A stretch of DNA of 59,527 nucleotides from a virus (lineage: Duplodnaviria > Caudoviricetes). How positions within the stretch are numbered: position 1 is the first letter of the stretch; each line of letters begins with the position of its first letter. The notes under the pieces were generated by a model. That model did no database searches. It was not told the origin of the DNA and saw only the letters and a program-made list of their open reading frames with translations. Of this stretch, positions 46,944-56,035 are shown in pieces. A program made the translations under genes and the position numbers. The DNA lies in IMG/VR virus record IMGVR_UViG_3300025276_000036, positions 1 through 59,527 of that record. The stretch is one strand, 5' to 3'.

Positions 46944-48779
46944 TTATTTTGAGTACCTAAAGTCATAGCCACCTTCTGCCGCTAAAGGAAGTCCTTTAGC
47001 CCAAGCTTTTGGTGCGCACAAGTGGTTGTTGAGTAAATTCAAAGTGTTATCGGAGTTGGCGCGTGAGCCGGTATACAACAGTTCGTCGTGCACCTGTAGT
47101 ACTAACTTGCCAGGTAGATCTTTGTCTTTGTCGATTGCGAGCATCGCATCAGTAAGCACGATACGCGCTAAGGCTTGAGCGATGTTCTCAAGGATCGGGC
47201 CGCCCCATAGCCTAACTTTTTTGTTCTTGCCATCGTAAACAAGCTGCCCTTCCTCGAACCGAAGGTTGTTGTATTTAAGGGCCATGCCATTGGGCAATAT
47301 AATGGAGCTATTTTTGAACGTGAGGCAACGCCATGTTTCTTCGAAAGCAGGGTTTAGTGTGTTGGCTAACTTAACTTCTAAACGCTTCCAAAGGGTTGGG
47401 ATGTTGGGGTATGTGTTACGCCATAAGTAAACAGCTTGTTTAACTTCGTGCATTGGCATGATAACAACAGGTCCTGTTGAACCGGACTCTAGGGTGGCTG
47501 AGAATTTATCAGGCCCCATGCCGAAACCAAGACCTAACTGTGCGGTTTTGCCGACGTGCCGCTCAACAGGGTTATCTTTTTTAGTTATTTTCTTTGAATA
47601 TAGGCGGCCTGCGAAGTCCGAGTATACGCAGATGCCGTTTTTAAACTGCATAAGTAGCGTCGTCTCATCAGCAAGCCACGCTGTGATGCGTGCTTCAATA
47701 GCCGATAGATCCGTTACATAAATGAACTCATCTTTTGGGGCACACAAGCTAAGACGTAAGTCAGATTGGCGCGGCAAATTCTGCATGTTAAGTTTTTCTG
47801 TGCCGCCGAAACGCCCCGTGTGCGCGGCGTAGTAACGAAGCGGGCCTGGTATTGTTCCGTTGGGGCCTACTGAGTTTAGGAACCGTTGTGAACGGGTCGA
47901 TTTTAATGTGGACTTAACCGACTTTCGCGCACGCCAGAGTGTGGCGTACTCAGGATGTTTCGCTTGGAAATTAATATACGGTATGTCGCTTTGCCCAAGA
48001 CATGGCGTTACTTTGCCTTTTGCGTTAATCTTTGTTGGGGGGCTTAGGCCAATGTCTTGCATGTAGGCAAAGAACTTTGGGTTACTTGATAGCACTGCAC
48101 GCTCTGCGCCACACGCTTCGATGTCTTGCTTTATTTGCAGTTGCTCTTTGTCACGCATTTCGGTGAGAAGCTGAGTGTCGGCGACCATTGTTGGCTCACA
48201 CATCATGCGTGTTGTGAGATCAATCAGGTCGAGTTCTTTCTGAGGAAAGAAAGGTAATAAGTAGTCGAAGATAGCCCTGCATAAAAATACATCGTTATCA
48301 CAGTAGTCACTGAGTATTTTGTTCTCATCATATGTCAGCTCGCGCTTACCTTTTGAGATAGCAAGCTCATCACCTTTACGCATAGTCTCATCGTCTGGCC
48401 AGATACGCAGGGCTACGTCTTTAAGGCTTGCGCTTTGGCCAGGCCAGTGCGCTGTAGCCATAGCCATTGTGTCACAGTAATACGCCGGTACATGGCCGTA
48501 CCGCTGTGTTAGAACAAAGCCGTCGAACATAGTGTTTTGTGCGAGCACTGCGCTGTTAGACCAGTCTATTTCTTCAAGCGCGACGGTTATGGCGTCTTCG
48601 CCCCAGTAGACCTCACGGCTTTCGTCGTTAATTTGTATGCCTACTTGGTGGCAAAGGAAGCGCTCGTCTTGCACATATTCAATAGTATTTAGCTTTTTAA
48701 AACCAAAGTCTGATGCGTAATAAGATTCATAATCGATTGTGACTATATCAAGCGTTTCTAACGGACTGACGTTTGTCAT
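46944..48779 (-). CDS. polA: Family A DNA polymerase with 3'-5' exonuclease
   Basis: IDYES exonuclease motif, HTGRFGG..KLNMQNLPR, motif A DLSAIEAR, motif B RHVGKTAQLGLGFG, motif C VHDE. Confidence 0.95.
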   Translation of the reverse strand: MTNVSPLETLDIVTIDYESYYASDFGFKKLNTIEYVQDERFLCHQVGIQINDESREVYWGEDAITVALEEIDWSNSAVLAQNTMFDGFVLTQRYGHVPAYYCDTMAMATAHWPGQSASLKDVALRIWPDDETMRKGDELAISKGKRELTYDENKILSDYCDNDVFLCRAIFDYLLPFFPQKELDLIDLTTRMMCEPTMVADTQLLTEMRDKEQLQIKQDIEACGAERAVLSSNPKFFAYMQDIGLSPPTKINAKGKVTPCLGQSDIPYINFQAKHPEYATLWRARKSVKSTLKSTRSQRFLNSVGPNGTIPGPLRYYAAHTGRFGGTEKLNMQNLPRQSDLRLSLCAPKDEFIYVTDLSAIEARITAWLADETTLLMQFKNGICVYSDFAGRLYSKKITKKDNPVERHVGKTAQLGLGFGMGPDKFSATLESGSTGPVVIMPMHEVKQAVYLWRNTYPNIPTLWKRLEVKLANTLNPAFEETWRCLTFKNSSIILPNGMALKYNNLRFEEGQLVYDGKNKKVRLWGGPILENIAQALARIVLTDAMLAIDKDKDLPGKLVLQVHDELLYTGSRANSDNTLNLLNNHLCAPKAWAKGLPLAAEGGYDFRYSK

Positions 48780-48978
48780 AGAACCTCCTGATAATATAGC
48801 CGCGAGCGATGCTTACTACGGTGAATATAGTTGTTAGCTGTAGGTTTTCAGTGAAACTCATATTGACGTCAAAGATGTTTGTCCAGAGCACTGCATACCA
48901 GGTTAATAAACTTACAAACCATCCTATGGCTGTCTGTGTGCAGGTTTCTATAAATGATTGCCGCTTTGTTTGGTGCAT
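48748..48978 (-). CDS. Small membrane protein (DUF7220-like)
   Basis: QTKRQSFIE...IFTVVSIARGYIIRRF. Confidence 0.7.
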   Translation of the reverse strand: MHQTKRQSFIETCTQTAIGWFVSLLTWYAVLWTNIFDVNMSFTENLQLTTIFTVVSIARGYIIRRFYDKRQSVRNA

Positions 48979-48991
48979 CCTATTAAATCCT

Positions 48992-49414
48992 TTAGTTTTT
49001 TATTCCTAGTTGCTGTTCTATTGTCCATTCAGTAACACTGCCTTTTATCGGCACGGTACTTCCAGGGGGGTATTCGGGATTCGGTTCATTTAAGCCCCAA
49101 CAGTCAGCTTCATATTTATAGGGTTGCGATGCAGCCTCAATCTGTTCTTTTTCGATTTGTTTTTCGAGGTTTGATAATGCTCTCCAAGCTACTTGTGCCC
49201 AGTCGCCGTCAAGCAGATGGCGACTTAATGCGTCAAGCTCGTCGCCTGATTTACTGCGATCCCAATGAAGAGTTTCTGCGGTCTGGCCGTGTTGAATGCC
49301 TCCGGCTAGAGAGACTCTAGCAACAGCGGCGATTGCTTTTGGAAAGTAAGCTAAGAATCCAGAGTAAACTGGTGTCGCTTTTCGTTCGGCGGCGTTGGTG
49401 ATTCCTATACTCAT
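48992..49414 (-). CDS. dATP/dGTP diphosphohydrolase-like protein (DUF5664)
   Basis: ERK..P...G...YFP.AI..VA.VS..G..QH...LHWDRSKS.D..DAL.RHL...VAWRAL. Confidence 0.75.
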   Translation of the reverse strand: MSIGITNAAERKATPVYSGFLAYFPKAIAAVARVSLAGGIQHGQTAETLHWDRSKSGDELDALSRHLLDGDWAQVAWRALSNLEKQIEKEQIEAASQPYKYEADCWGLNEPNPEYPPGSTVPIKGSVTEWTIEQQLGIKN

Positions 49415-49436
49415 TCTTGATAGTCCTATATCGAAT

Positions 49437-49468
49437 AATTAGTAATGCTAATATTAGCAATGCTAATT
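49437..49468. promoter_or_regulatory. Tandem operators upstream of the replication operon
   Basis: AATTAGTAATGCTAATA (49437-49453) and TATTAGCAATGCTAATT (49452-49468). Confidence 0.7.
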
Positions 49469-49475
49469 AAATAAA

Positions 49476-49658
49476 TCAAGTTAAATCAATGACTTGTTGA
49501 CGATCAAATTCTATATCACGTAAATCATCGGCATTATCTTCGGGCTTTGACGCGTACACGCCCTCTCCTTCGACATAATCGGAATAATCGTAATAGGGGT
49601 CGTCTCTCACGCGGCACGGTTCACGGTTCACAGTACATTCCCCCTCGTGTGTATCCAT
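49476..49658 (-). CDS. Hypothetical acidic protein (60 aa)
   Basis: ORF in the early array. Confidence 0.45.
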   Translation of the reverse strand: MDTHEGECTVNREPCRVRDDPYYDYSDYVEGEGVYASKPEDNADDLRDIEFDRQQVIDLT

Positions 49659-49879
49659 CGTCGCTTTTTAAATTCTCCGTATTCTTCTTCGTAATCAGCG
49701 AGTTCCCAAGGGCCGTCGTCGTTGCATACCTGAATTGAATCATCGCAGTCACCGTCATAAGTTTTGTAATGACTAGATTCGCCATCGTGGAATTGTTTTA
49801 AGGCTTCTTTTTCGTTGTTAGCCATTACGTGGTGCACTTCTGTTGACGAATAAGACCTAAGTACTTCGTAAATTTTCAT
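49628..49879 (-). CDS. Hypothetical protein (~83 aa)
   Basis: MKIYEV start after AAGGA; H.V.A.NEKEA pattern. Confidence 0.55.
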   Translation of the reverse strand: MKIYEVLRSYSSTEVHHVMANNEKEALKQFHDGESSHYKTYDGDCDDSIQVCNDDGPWELADYEEEYGEFKKRRWIHTRGNVL

Positions 49880-49889
49880 GATGCTTCCT

Positions 49890-50207
49890 TTATCGAGGGT
49901 CATATCGGTAGTTTTTCCACGAAGTAGGCACGTATCCTTTTGGATAGCCAAACACGTCGCCTTCAATCGTCGGTAAAAACCCTAGTGCTTTAACTTGTTT
50001 TGCTTTTTGTAAGTAGAACGTAAATGTTTTTTTGGCTTCGGTGTAGCTTGCTTCTCCATCTTGGAATATAGCTTCCTCGCACATATATCCGTCAAGGTCT
50101 TGATAGATAGCGTCAGCTTCGGCTTGATTGCGCGGAGCAATTACGCGTTCTCTTATTCGATACATTCCGTCAGAACACTGACCAGTGTTATAGATTGTGT
50201 CACTCAT
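49890..50207 (-). CDS. Hypothetical protein (~105 aa)
   Basis: MSDTIY start in a GAGGACAAATCATGA junction. Confidence 0.6.
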   Translation of the reverse strand: MSDTIYNTGQCSDGMYRIRERVIAPRNQAEADAIYQDLDGYMCEEAIFQDGEASYTEAKKTFTFYLQKAKQVKALGFLPTIEGDVFGYPKGYVPTSWKNYRYDPR

Positions 50208-50359
50208 GATTTGTCCTCTAAGTAAACGGTTTGTTGTTTGTCTGCATTGCCGCAGTACAGGCATTTTTCGATTATGGTGAATTGGTCAATATTTTCGGTG
50301 AATACTCCGTCGCAGATTAAACAATGAACAGTTTGGAACAGTTCTAATTGGTAGCTCAT
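50204..50359 (-). CDS. Small Zn-ribbon protein (51 aa; not in the ORF track)
   Basis: MSYQLELFQTVHCLICDG...CLYCGN...EDKS; ATGA-coupled at both ends. Confidence 0.65.
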   Translation of the reverse strand: MSYQLELFQTVHCLICDGVFTENIDQFTIIEKCLYCGNADKQQTVYLEDKS

Positions 50360-50652
50360 GATTCTTCCTCGTCTTTAGCTCGTTGCTCGCACCAACAACA
50401 AAGGTCGCCTTCATTGTAATTAAGGATGGTGTCGCAACCTTCGCAGTAAGCGCGTTCGTCGAGGGTTTCCACGTTAATAGCAAGTGATCGCGGCTCAGAT
50501 ACGGCTGACGCGTCTACTGAAATATTCCAGTAAGTGTCTACTATTATTTCACCTTCCTCACACAACATATCTATTTGCACTGGCGTTTCTGGGTCGTAAT
50601 GGTGAACAGTGATTGCGTTTTGTAATGCATTGATAAGCTCTTGGATGCTCAT
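50356..50652 (-). CDS. Hypothetical protein with C-terminal Zn finger (98 aa)
   Basis: CEGC...CCWC; ATGA coupling. Confidence 0.6.
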   Translation of the reverse strand: MSIQELINALQNAITVHHYDPETPVQIDMLCEEGEIIVDTYWNISVDASAVSEPRSLAINVETLDERAYCEGCDTILNYNEGDLCCWCEQRAKDEEES

Positions 50653-50816
50653 GATTCGTCCTCTACGATTTTTACAATGCTGAAATCTTCGTCGTATTTT
50701 TCAGAGGGGTACACGTTGTTATCGCAACATGCGTCCCACGCTTCTTCTTTGGAACTAGCTGTTACTCTGTAGTCAACGCAATATGTTTCGCAGACTTTTA
50801 TGATAAAAGTTTTCAT
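50649..50816 (-). CDS. Small protein (55 aa; not in the ORF track), DpnD/PcfM-like pattern
   Basis: MKTFIIKVCETYCVDYRVTASSKEEAW...; ATGA-coupled at both ends. Confidence 0.6.
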   Translation of the reverse strand: MKTFIIKVCETYCVDYRVTASSKEEAWDACCDNNVYPSEKYDEDFSIVKIVEDES

Positions 50817-51142
50817 GATTCGATTTCTTTTTTAGCGTGGGCTATTAGAAGAGAAATAAGGTAATTGCCTGACTCTACTGGTAAAGAACACTGAACCCTA
50901 TCTTGGTGACCGCCAGAACAACCCCGAGCTTTAGGTTCGAGAGTTCCAATGCTAATGCCAATGCTGCCGCTCAACTCTTTTGGGCCATTGCTACCGCCAA
51001 TTTTAAGGCGGCGTTCTAGCTCTACTAGTTTTGAATAGCATAGGTTATATTTGCTTTGTATAAGGCGTTTTTGCTCAATTTTTTTAGCGAGGATGAGTAT
51101 TCTTTCTTCCTCAGTTTTATTGTATTTTTTCATTTCGCTCAT
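50813..51142 (-). CDS. Hypothetical protein (109 aa)
   Basis: Coupled ORF in the early array. Confidence 0.55.
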   Translation of the reverse strand: MSEMKKYNKTEEERILILAKKIEQKRLIQSKYNLCYSKLVELERRLKIGGSNGPKELSGSIGISIGTLEPKARGCSGGHQDRVQCSLPVESGNYLISLLIAHAKKEIES

Positions 51143-51276
51143 TCGCTTTCTTCCTCTAGCAATATTTTGATAAGTTCAGGGACTGTTAATCCGGTTTCGC
51201 ATGACATATCTAACCACGTCATGTTTCCGTTGCGATCGCAGAAATTACGTATTTCTGCGGGGGTCATTTCGTTCAT
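51139..51276 (-). CDS. Small HTH-like protein (~45 aa)
   Basis: MNEMTPAEIRNFCD..NMTWLDMSCETGLTVPELIKIL. Confidence 0.5.
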   Translation of the reverse strand: MNEMTPAEIRNFCDRNGNMTWLDMSCETGLTVPELIKILLEEESE

Positions 51277-51461
51277 GATTTGTCTTCTTTTAAACGTTCT
51301 GTTAATTTGCGTTCGACTAAATTCATGGCGTTGCCTATTTCCACGTATTCTGGTTCGTGCCCTTCGTACCCCAAACAATCTTTTCTGTAGTGATCTAATG
51401 AATCCCAAACAATTTGAAGCGCCTCTTCTATATCCGCTGCATATTTCGGTGTTAAATACAT
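51273..51461 (-). CDS. Hypothetical protein (62 aa)
   Basis: Coupled ORF in the early array. Confidence 0.55.
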   Translation of the reverse strand: MYLTPKYAADIEEALQIVWDSLDHYRKDCLGYEGHEPEYVEIGNAMNLVERKLTERLKEDKS

Positions 51462-51715
51462 TAGGATTCGTCCCCTTCTTCGTGGTAATAAGTTTCGTTG
51501 TCGTGGGGTTCTTTAGTGGCAATAAAACCTAAGACGTTGACATAATGATGGCTTGGCCCATATGTCCATGTGTTAGAGTCGTCGCATGTGACTACAGACC
51601 ATATTTGAGTTTTTAGCCAACCTGCGCTTAAGGCTTCTTGGACACTCATATAGAGGTCTCCGTCTGGCTCTGCGCGATGCTCTTCAAATGGAAATTCGCA
51701 GTAGTGGTCACTCAT
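51461..51715 (-). CDS. Hypothetical protein (84 aa)
   Basis: IWSVV...YGP.HHYVN.LGFIAT.EPH; AAGGA RBS. Confidence 0.6.
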   Translation of the reverse strand: MSDHYCEFPFEEHRAEPDGDLYMSVQEALSAGWLKTQIWSVVTCDDSNTWTYGPSHHYVNVLGFIATKEPHDNETYYHEEGDES

Positions 51716-51727
51716 GATTTACGTTCC

Positions 51728-51943
51728 TTATACTCGTTTAAATTTATAGCGCGGCTTTGTTAAGCCTTGTTTTTCGACGGTTTCTGCTCGCAGCGCTGTC
51801 ATTTGTTTTAATGACATGACTTTGGAATACTCGGGCCGTGAAGAAAATAAAAATCGGCATTGGAATGAGTCTCCTTTTAACTGCCAGTAGTGCACAGTTG
51901 CCTGGTCGTCAGGCACAAGAGTTGCGTCTGTTGCTATATTCAT
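51728..51943 (-). CDS. Hypothetical protein (~71 aa)
   Basis: MNIATD start after GGAG. Confidence 0.45.
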   Translation of the reverse strand: MNIATDATLVPDDQATVHYWQLKGDSFQCRFLFSSRPEYSKVMSLKQMTALRAETVEKQGLTKPRYKFKRV

Positions 51944-51945
51944 GC

Positions 51946-52311
51946 TCAGTACTCCGAGGGGAGCATGTGTGTGTAGCTGCCCCATTGATTTTTAACAGAC
52001 CATATTTTGATTTTTGTTAATGGAAAAGTGGTGTAGGTGAGCAGTTGATTAGCAATGATATTATTGTCCATGTCATCAAGCTCTAATGTAGCCGTGCTGT
52101 CTTCTTGTACTGTTAGAGTTGATTGCACGTAGTCTTCGCTATGCTGATCTAAGTGGCTTTGAATGGCGTCAAACAGCCAGTAACACTGCCCTTTATCGGC
52201 AAGGTATTTCGTACCGTCGGTTAACATGCTTTTTGAGAGTACGCTGTATCGCGTGAAGGTTTCTGACCCGCTAAAATGCGCTAAGTTTGTTTCAAGTTCT
52301 GAAGGTGTCAT
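51946..52311 (-). CDS. DUF6876-like protein
   Basis: L..FSGSE...LTDG.KYLA....CYWL.D.I.S...Q...YT.FPL...MLPSEY. Confidence 0.7.
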   Translation of the reverse strand: MTPSELETNLAHFSGSETFTRYSVLSKSMLTDGTKYLADKGQCYWLFDAIQSHLDQHSEDYVQSTLTVQEDSTATLELDDMDNNIIANQLLTYTTFPLTKIKIWSVKNQWGSYTHMLPSEY

Positions 52312-52511
52312 GTGATTATTTCCCATTCGTTAGAGGTTGGTTCTGTTTGCATTTCGTATCTGCCACATGTCCGGCAATCGACAGAGAACTCTTCTTCTAA
52401 GTTGGGTCTGTCTACTACAAATCGTTGGTTTTTATAGTCCCATACAGCATTTAGATCGTTGAAAACGATATCAATGCTTTGGCAATTAGGACATACGAAG
52501 TTTCTTTTCAT
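52308..52511 (-). CDS. Small Zn-ribbon protein (67 aa)
   Basis: CPNC...AVWD...CRTC; AAGGAG RBS. Confidence 0.65.
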   Translation of the reverse strand: MKRNFVCPNCQSIDIVFNDLNAVWDYKNQRFVVDRPNLEEEFSVDCRTCGRYEMQTEPTSNEWEIIT

Positions 52512-52523
52512 ACTAGTGGCTCC

Positions 52524-53408
52524 TTAATAGCTATAGTCGTCAGGGTTAATGCGGTTCATTCCGTAAGGTATGTCGCCTAGATCGTCGTCGTTCCATAGCA
52601 GGTCGTTGCCGCTGTAAGCGGTTGCGCTGTACGGAGACATCGTCTTGTCATAGTTACTGATGCCGCTTGCTAAAGGCGATACAAAGTTAGGCCGTTTGTT
52701 TTTATAATTTGGTACTGAGTACGCTTGTCGTTTGACTTTCTCACTGATCTGCTTGTTAAGATCGGCGATAACATCAAGCGATATCGGGGGGTAATAGGTT
52801 CGTACTTCAACGCAGTTGTAGGCGATGCCTTCATCGCGCAAGTAAAGGTCAACTTTGATCTCGCCGCGCTTGTTCATAATGCCGCGTATAAATACTGGGC
52901 ATGTCGTTAGGAACTCTTCGACTTGTTTCTCGTCTTGTCCACTGGGTCGGCAGTCCATGTTGACGTGGCTGTGGAACCAGGCATAAATTGTGCTCGGGCA
53001 TATGTCTGCTGACATGGCTTCTGAGAACGCAGTGGCAAGAGCTGATGCTGAGATGTCAGTCTCAACGGCTGTTACTTCTTGCTCTGGCAAGAACACTTCT
53101 TTAAGCAGGTAGTCAGATTCTGATAGCTTTTCAACTGAACAGAACCAACCGACCTCTAACGCACATTTGTCAACGATGTGTTGCATTTTTTGGTATGTTT
53201 CTGGTAGCACAAACACGACGGGGTCGAGCTTTGGTGCAGGTGCTTCTGGTCCTTGGATAATGGTTGTAGTTTGGGCCATGCCGCCGGTGTCAACTGAGTA
53301 AGGGCTGACGGCTGCGGGTAGTAGTGCGATCCCTGCGGGTGGTGTTTTGGTTTTGATCTTGGTTGATGCAATGTGTTGCTTTGCTTGGAATGATTTTCGC
53401 TTAGTCAT
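52524..53408 (-). CDS. JAB/JAMM (MPN+) metalloprotease, deubiquitinase-like
   Basis: EVGW glutamate plus WFHSHVNMDCRPSGQD, matching E-x(n)-HSH-x7-S-x2-D. Confidence 0.9.
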   Translation of the reverse strand: MTKRKSFQAKQHIASTKIKTKTPPAGIALLPAAVSPYSVDTGGMAQTTTIIQGPEAPAPKLDPVVFVLPETYQKMQHIVDKCALEVGWFCSVEKLSESDYLLKEVFLPEQEVTAVETDISASALATAFSEAMSADICPSTIYAWFHSHVNMDCRPSGQDEKQVEEFLTTCPVFIRGIMNKRGEIKVDLYLRDEGIAYNCVEVRTYYPPISLDVIADLNKQISEKVKRQAYSVPNYKNKRPNFVSPLASGISNYDKTMSPYSATAYSGNDLLWNDDDLGDIPYGMNRINPDDYSY

Positions 53409-54091
53409 TAGATAGATCCTTTTGAAACAATAAGGGGTTGCAGGAAAATGTTGACTTTGGGGTCAACTGCTATGGGATTGGTGCACTGCAATATGAACTG
53501 CCACACTGCAAGGTTCGCGATAATCGATGCGGTTGTACCGACACTGATACTGCTACCGCACGGTGATACTTCACCAGGCTCGTCGTCTGATACAAGCGTA
53601 TTGATCCACGCTTCACGCATATCTTTGTCATTAGGGTCAAACGTAAAGATATTGCCGTAGCTAGAGGCCATTCGCGTTTCGATCACACATTTTAATGAGT
53701 AGTTCTCAGCGCAATGCGAATCAAAAATCTCACGACGGCTTTGCATAGTGTCAGTGAGTAAGAACACTGTGCCGCTAAACATATCAATGGTATTTGAATC
53801 GACTTTCTCGTTTAAAAAACGCATTGATGGTGGAGGGGTTTCGCCTGTTTTATATCGATAATACGCTGCTAGTGCGGTTACTTTTGGCAGGCCAATATGA
53901 GTTTCTAAGTAGATTTGATTCGCAAGATTATGCGATTCGACTACGTCAAAGTCATAGACTGTAATGTTCTTGAGACCTAGCTCTACTAGTGCAAGCCACA
54001 AGCGTGAGCCTGTTGCGCCTGCACCAATAATAGTTATGCCATGATCGTTTTGCTGTGGATCAAATATAGATTGATGCCGTGTAATATTCAT
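53408..54091 (-). CDS. E1-like ThiF/MoeB adenylation enzyme
   Basis: IIGAGATGS, YDFDVVESHNLANQ, IGLPKV, LLTD...R, ETRM, candidate catalytic Cys in SPCG. Confidence 0.92.
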   Translation of the reverse strand: MNITRHQSIFDPQQNDHGITIIGAGATGSRLWLALVELGLKNITVYDFDVVESHNLANQIYLETHIGLPKVTALAAYYRYKTGETPPPSMRFLNEKVDSNTIDMFSGTVFLLTDTMQSRREIFDSHCAENYSLKCVIETRMASSYGNIFTFDPNDKDMREAWINTLVSDDEPGEVSPCGSSISVGTTASIIANLAVWQFILQCTNPIAVDPKVNIFLQPLIVSKGSI

Positions 54092-55935
54092 TCGTTTTCT
54101 CCAGTGAGTGCTTCTAGAAAGTTGATGGTCCGTTCGCTAACGTTTTCTCCAAGCTCGGGAACAAGTGCGTCTAGGAACGCGTTTAGTGACGCTTGCTCTG
54201 GATCTTCGGTTATGTTCAGGGCTACATCTTGAAACGCTTTTTGTCGCTGTAAAGGTAGGAGGTTATAAGCGCTCATGTTGTCGTGTTTAATATACTTGCC
54301 GTCACATACCAGGCGGTAGGTTACAACTAGCCAATTAGCGAACGCCTGCCATCCTTCAAGAAAACCTGTAGGGGCGGACCCATGCATATCTTTGTAAAAC
54401 TCGCGGTACTGTCGTTGTAATCCGGGACTGGCTTTTAGGTCCTCTATGGCGAGAAAATAAGCTTCTTTTATCTGCTCTTGGTTTATATTGATGGCCTCGA
54501 CGGGGGTCGTGAAGTTGCGTTCCAAAGCTTCTATATGGTCGGCATAGAAGTTCCACCGTTCTAAGAGATAGTTTTGTAATTTACTGGAAGTAAATGGCTC
54601 AAGCTCTACGGTCACGCCGTCATTGCTCCATTTACCGTCTACAAAGATCATGCGCTCATTGTGGGTGTAGTACCTGCGGTCGTATGTAAGAGCTTCTTGG
54701 TGTGCAATAGGTGTTGGCAGATTGTTCAGGCTATACCTAGCACGCGTGTTGAGGCACTTTTGTTTTTCTTCTTCAACGCTTCTAAGAGACGCCAGATGGT
54801 GTCTAACAAGATAGTTTCTCGCCCACGGTGCTGCGGCTTCGGCAATAGTGTGGCAAATTTTCCTCTCAATGGAGGGTGCTTCGGGATCTAAGATTAGACC
54901 GGCTTGGTTCTCTAGAAACATGAGTGCGAGCGCGTGTGGCACGATGGTTCGGTTATTTTGGTGTACATAAATTTGGCTTATTTGACGGGTTAGCCAGAGT
55001 ATGTCTTCAAAGTCAGGGTGTCCTTCGTTGTATTCTGGTTGCGTCTCTAACACTTCGGGCGGTAAATGATAGGCAAGGCTATCGTGTGCGCTTTGGAAGT
55101 CTGCGGCGTTGTATAGCCCTGATATCCAGTCGGAGTAGTGGAAGGCGGGGTCGCAGCCAAACTCGAAGTGTGGGGTGTTGGGGATGCAAGCCCTGCTATA
55201 AATACAGTTTCTGAGTGCTCCATGCGTTCCATCGCTTATACTTTCGCAGTGCAATTTGACAAGTTCTTTCTCTGGTGCCCAACGATAGAACTTGCGTCCG
55301 GCGCAGTCATCGGTATTGTATTGGCGGAGGTACATAAGCAGTAATATTACTTGCAATGGTATGTCCATCGCGGCACGCGCTTCGGTGATAGGGGGTCCAA
55401 AGTCACCTAAGCAAGGATCATTTGCGCTGATCCAATGCGGGTGCATTAATTCAGAACCGTCGAAGCCTTGGTAATAGACGCCAACATCTTTTTTGGGGGT
55501 AAGTCCGCACCTAAAGCTCGGGGCACCCGATTGAAGGTCTTCGGACCATTTGATATGCAATACTAGCCCAGGGATTGCTATTGATGTGTTTGGTTCGCGG
55601 CCTGCGTCCTCAAGTATGGCTATCGCGTGTTCTTCTTGGCTCTCATCAGCGGGCTTCATAATAATGGTTTCAAGCGTTAATGAGATATGCTTCTTGCGCA
55701 TGATTACGCTAGAGACGCCGTCCATTAGCAATAGCTTGGAGCGTAATTCTTCTTTTTCGTAGCTTACTTTTACGTGCGCGTTATCTAAGATGTCCCGTAA
55801 GCTGTCAAGGATGACCGCTGTACTCTCGTAATGCATACGTCCTAATATGCCGCGCGTAAAAGTGTTTAACCGCCCATGTATTTGAGGGTTGAGCGATTTA
55901 AACGTAATTAATTTGTCTAAAGTATCGGAACTCAT
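54088..55935 (-). CDS. E2-like conjugating enzyme with a long C-terminal extension (~615 aa)
   Basis: MHPHWISANDPCLGD resembles the E2 HPN...C active-site signature; start moved to MSSDT after AAGGAG; lies between the Ubl and E1 genes. Confidence 0.7.
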   Translation of the reverse strand: MSSDTLDKLITFKSLNPQIHGRLNTFTRGILGRMHYESTAVILDSLRDILDNAHVKVSYEKEELRSKLLLMDGVSSVIMRKKHISLTLETIIMKPADESQEEHAIAILEDAGREPNTSIAIPGLVLHIKWSEDLQSGAPSFRCGLTPKKDVGVYYQGFDGSELMHPHWISANDPCLGDFGPPITEARAAMDIPLQVILLLMYLRQYNTDDCAGRKFYRWAPEKELVKLHCESISDGTHGALRNCIYSRACIPNTPHFEFGCDPAFHYSDWISGLYNAADFQSAHDSLAYHLPPEVLETQPEYNEGHPDFEDILWLTRQISQIYVHQNNRTIVPHALALMFLENQAGLILDPEAPSIERKICHTIAEAAAPWARNYLVRHHLASLRSVEEEKQKCLNTRARYSLNNLPTPIAHQEALTYDRRYYTHNERMIFVDGKWSNDGVTVELEPFTSSKLQNYLLERWNFYADHIEALERNFTTPVEAININQEQIKEAYFLAIEDLKASPGLQRQYREFYKDMHGSAPTGFLEGWQAFANWLVVTYRLVCDGKYIKHDNMSAYNLLPLQRQKAFQDVALNITEDPEQASLNAFLDALVPELGENVSERTINFLEALTGENE

Positions 55936-55982
55936 GACACGACTCCTTCGTGGCTGATTGAAATAGGTATTACAATGTATAT

Positions 55983-56025
55983 TCCCCAACTAATAGCGCA
56001 CCCAGATGTGGGCTATTAGCGGGGA
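55983..56025. other. Intergenic stem-loop between the Ubl and E2-like genes
   Basis: TCCCC..CTAATAGC.CAC / GTG.GCTATTAG.GGGGA; no U-tract. Confidence 0.6.
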
Positions 56026-56035
56026 GGTACTACAG

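Noticed and set aside
48992-49414. Z-base (diaminopurine) or other hypermodified-DNA pathway
   Set aside because: A DUF5664-like gene is present, but no PurZ, queuosine-pathway or other base-modification genes were recognised
53408-54091. Thiamine/molybdopterin biosynthesis auxiliary gene
   Set aside because: No ThiG, MoaE or sulfurtransferase partners; flanked by E2-like and JAB genes; lacks the Zn-binding CxxC pairs of canonical ThiF/MoeB
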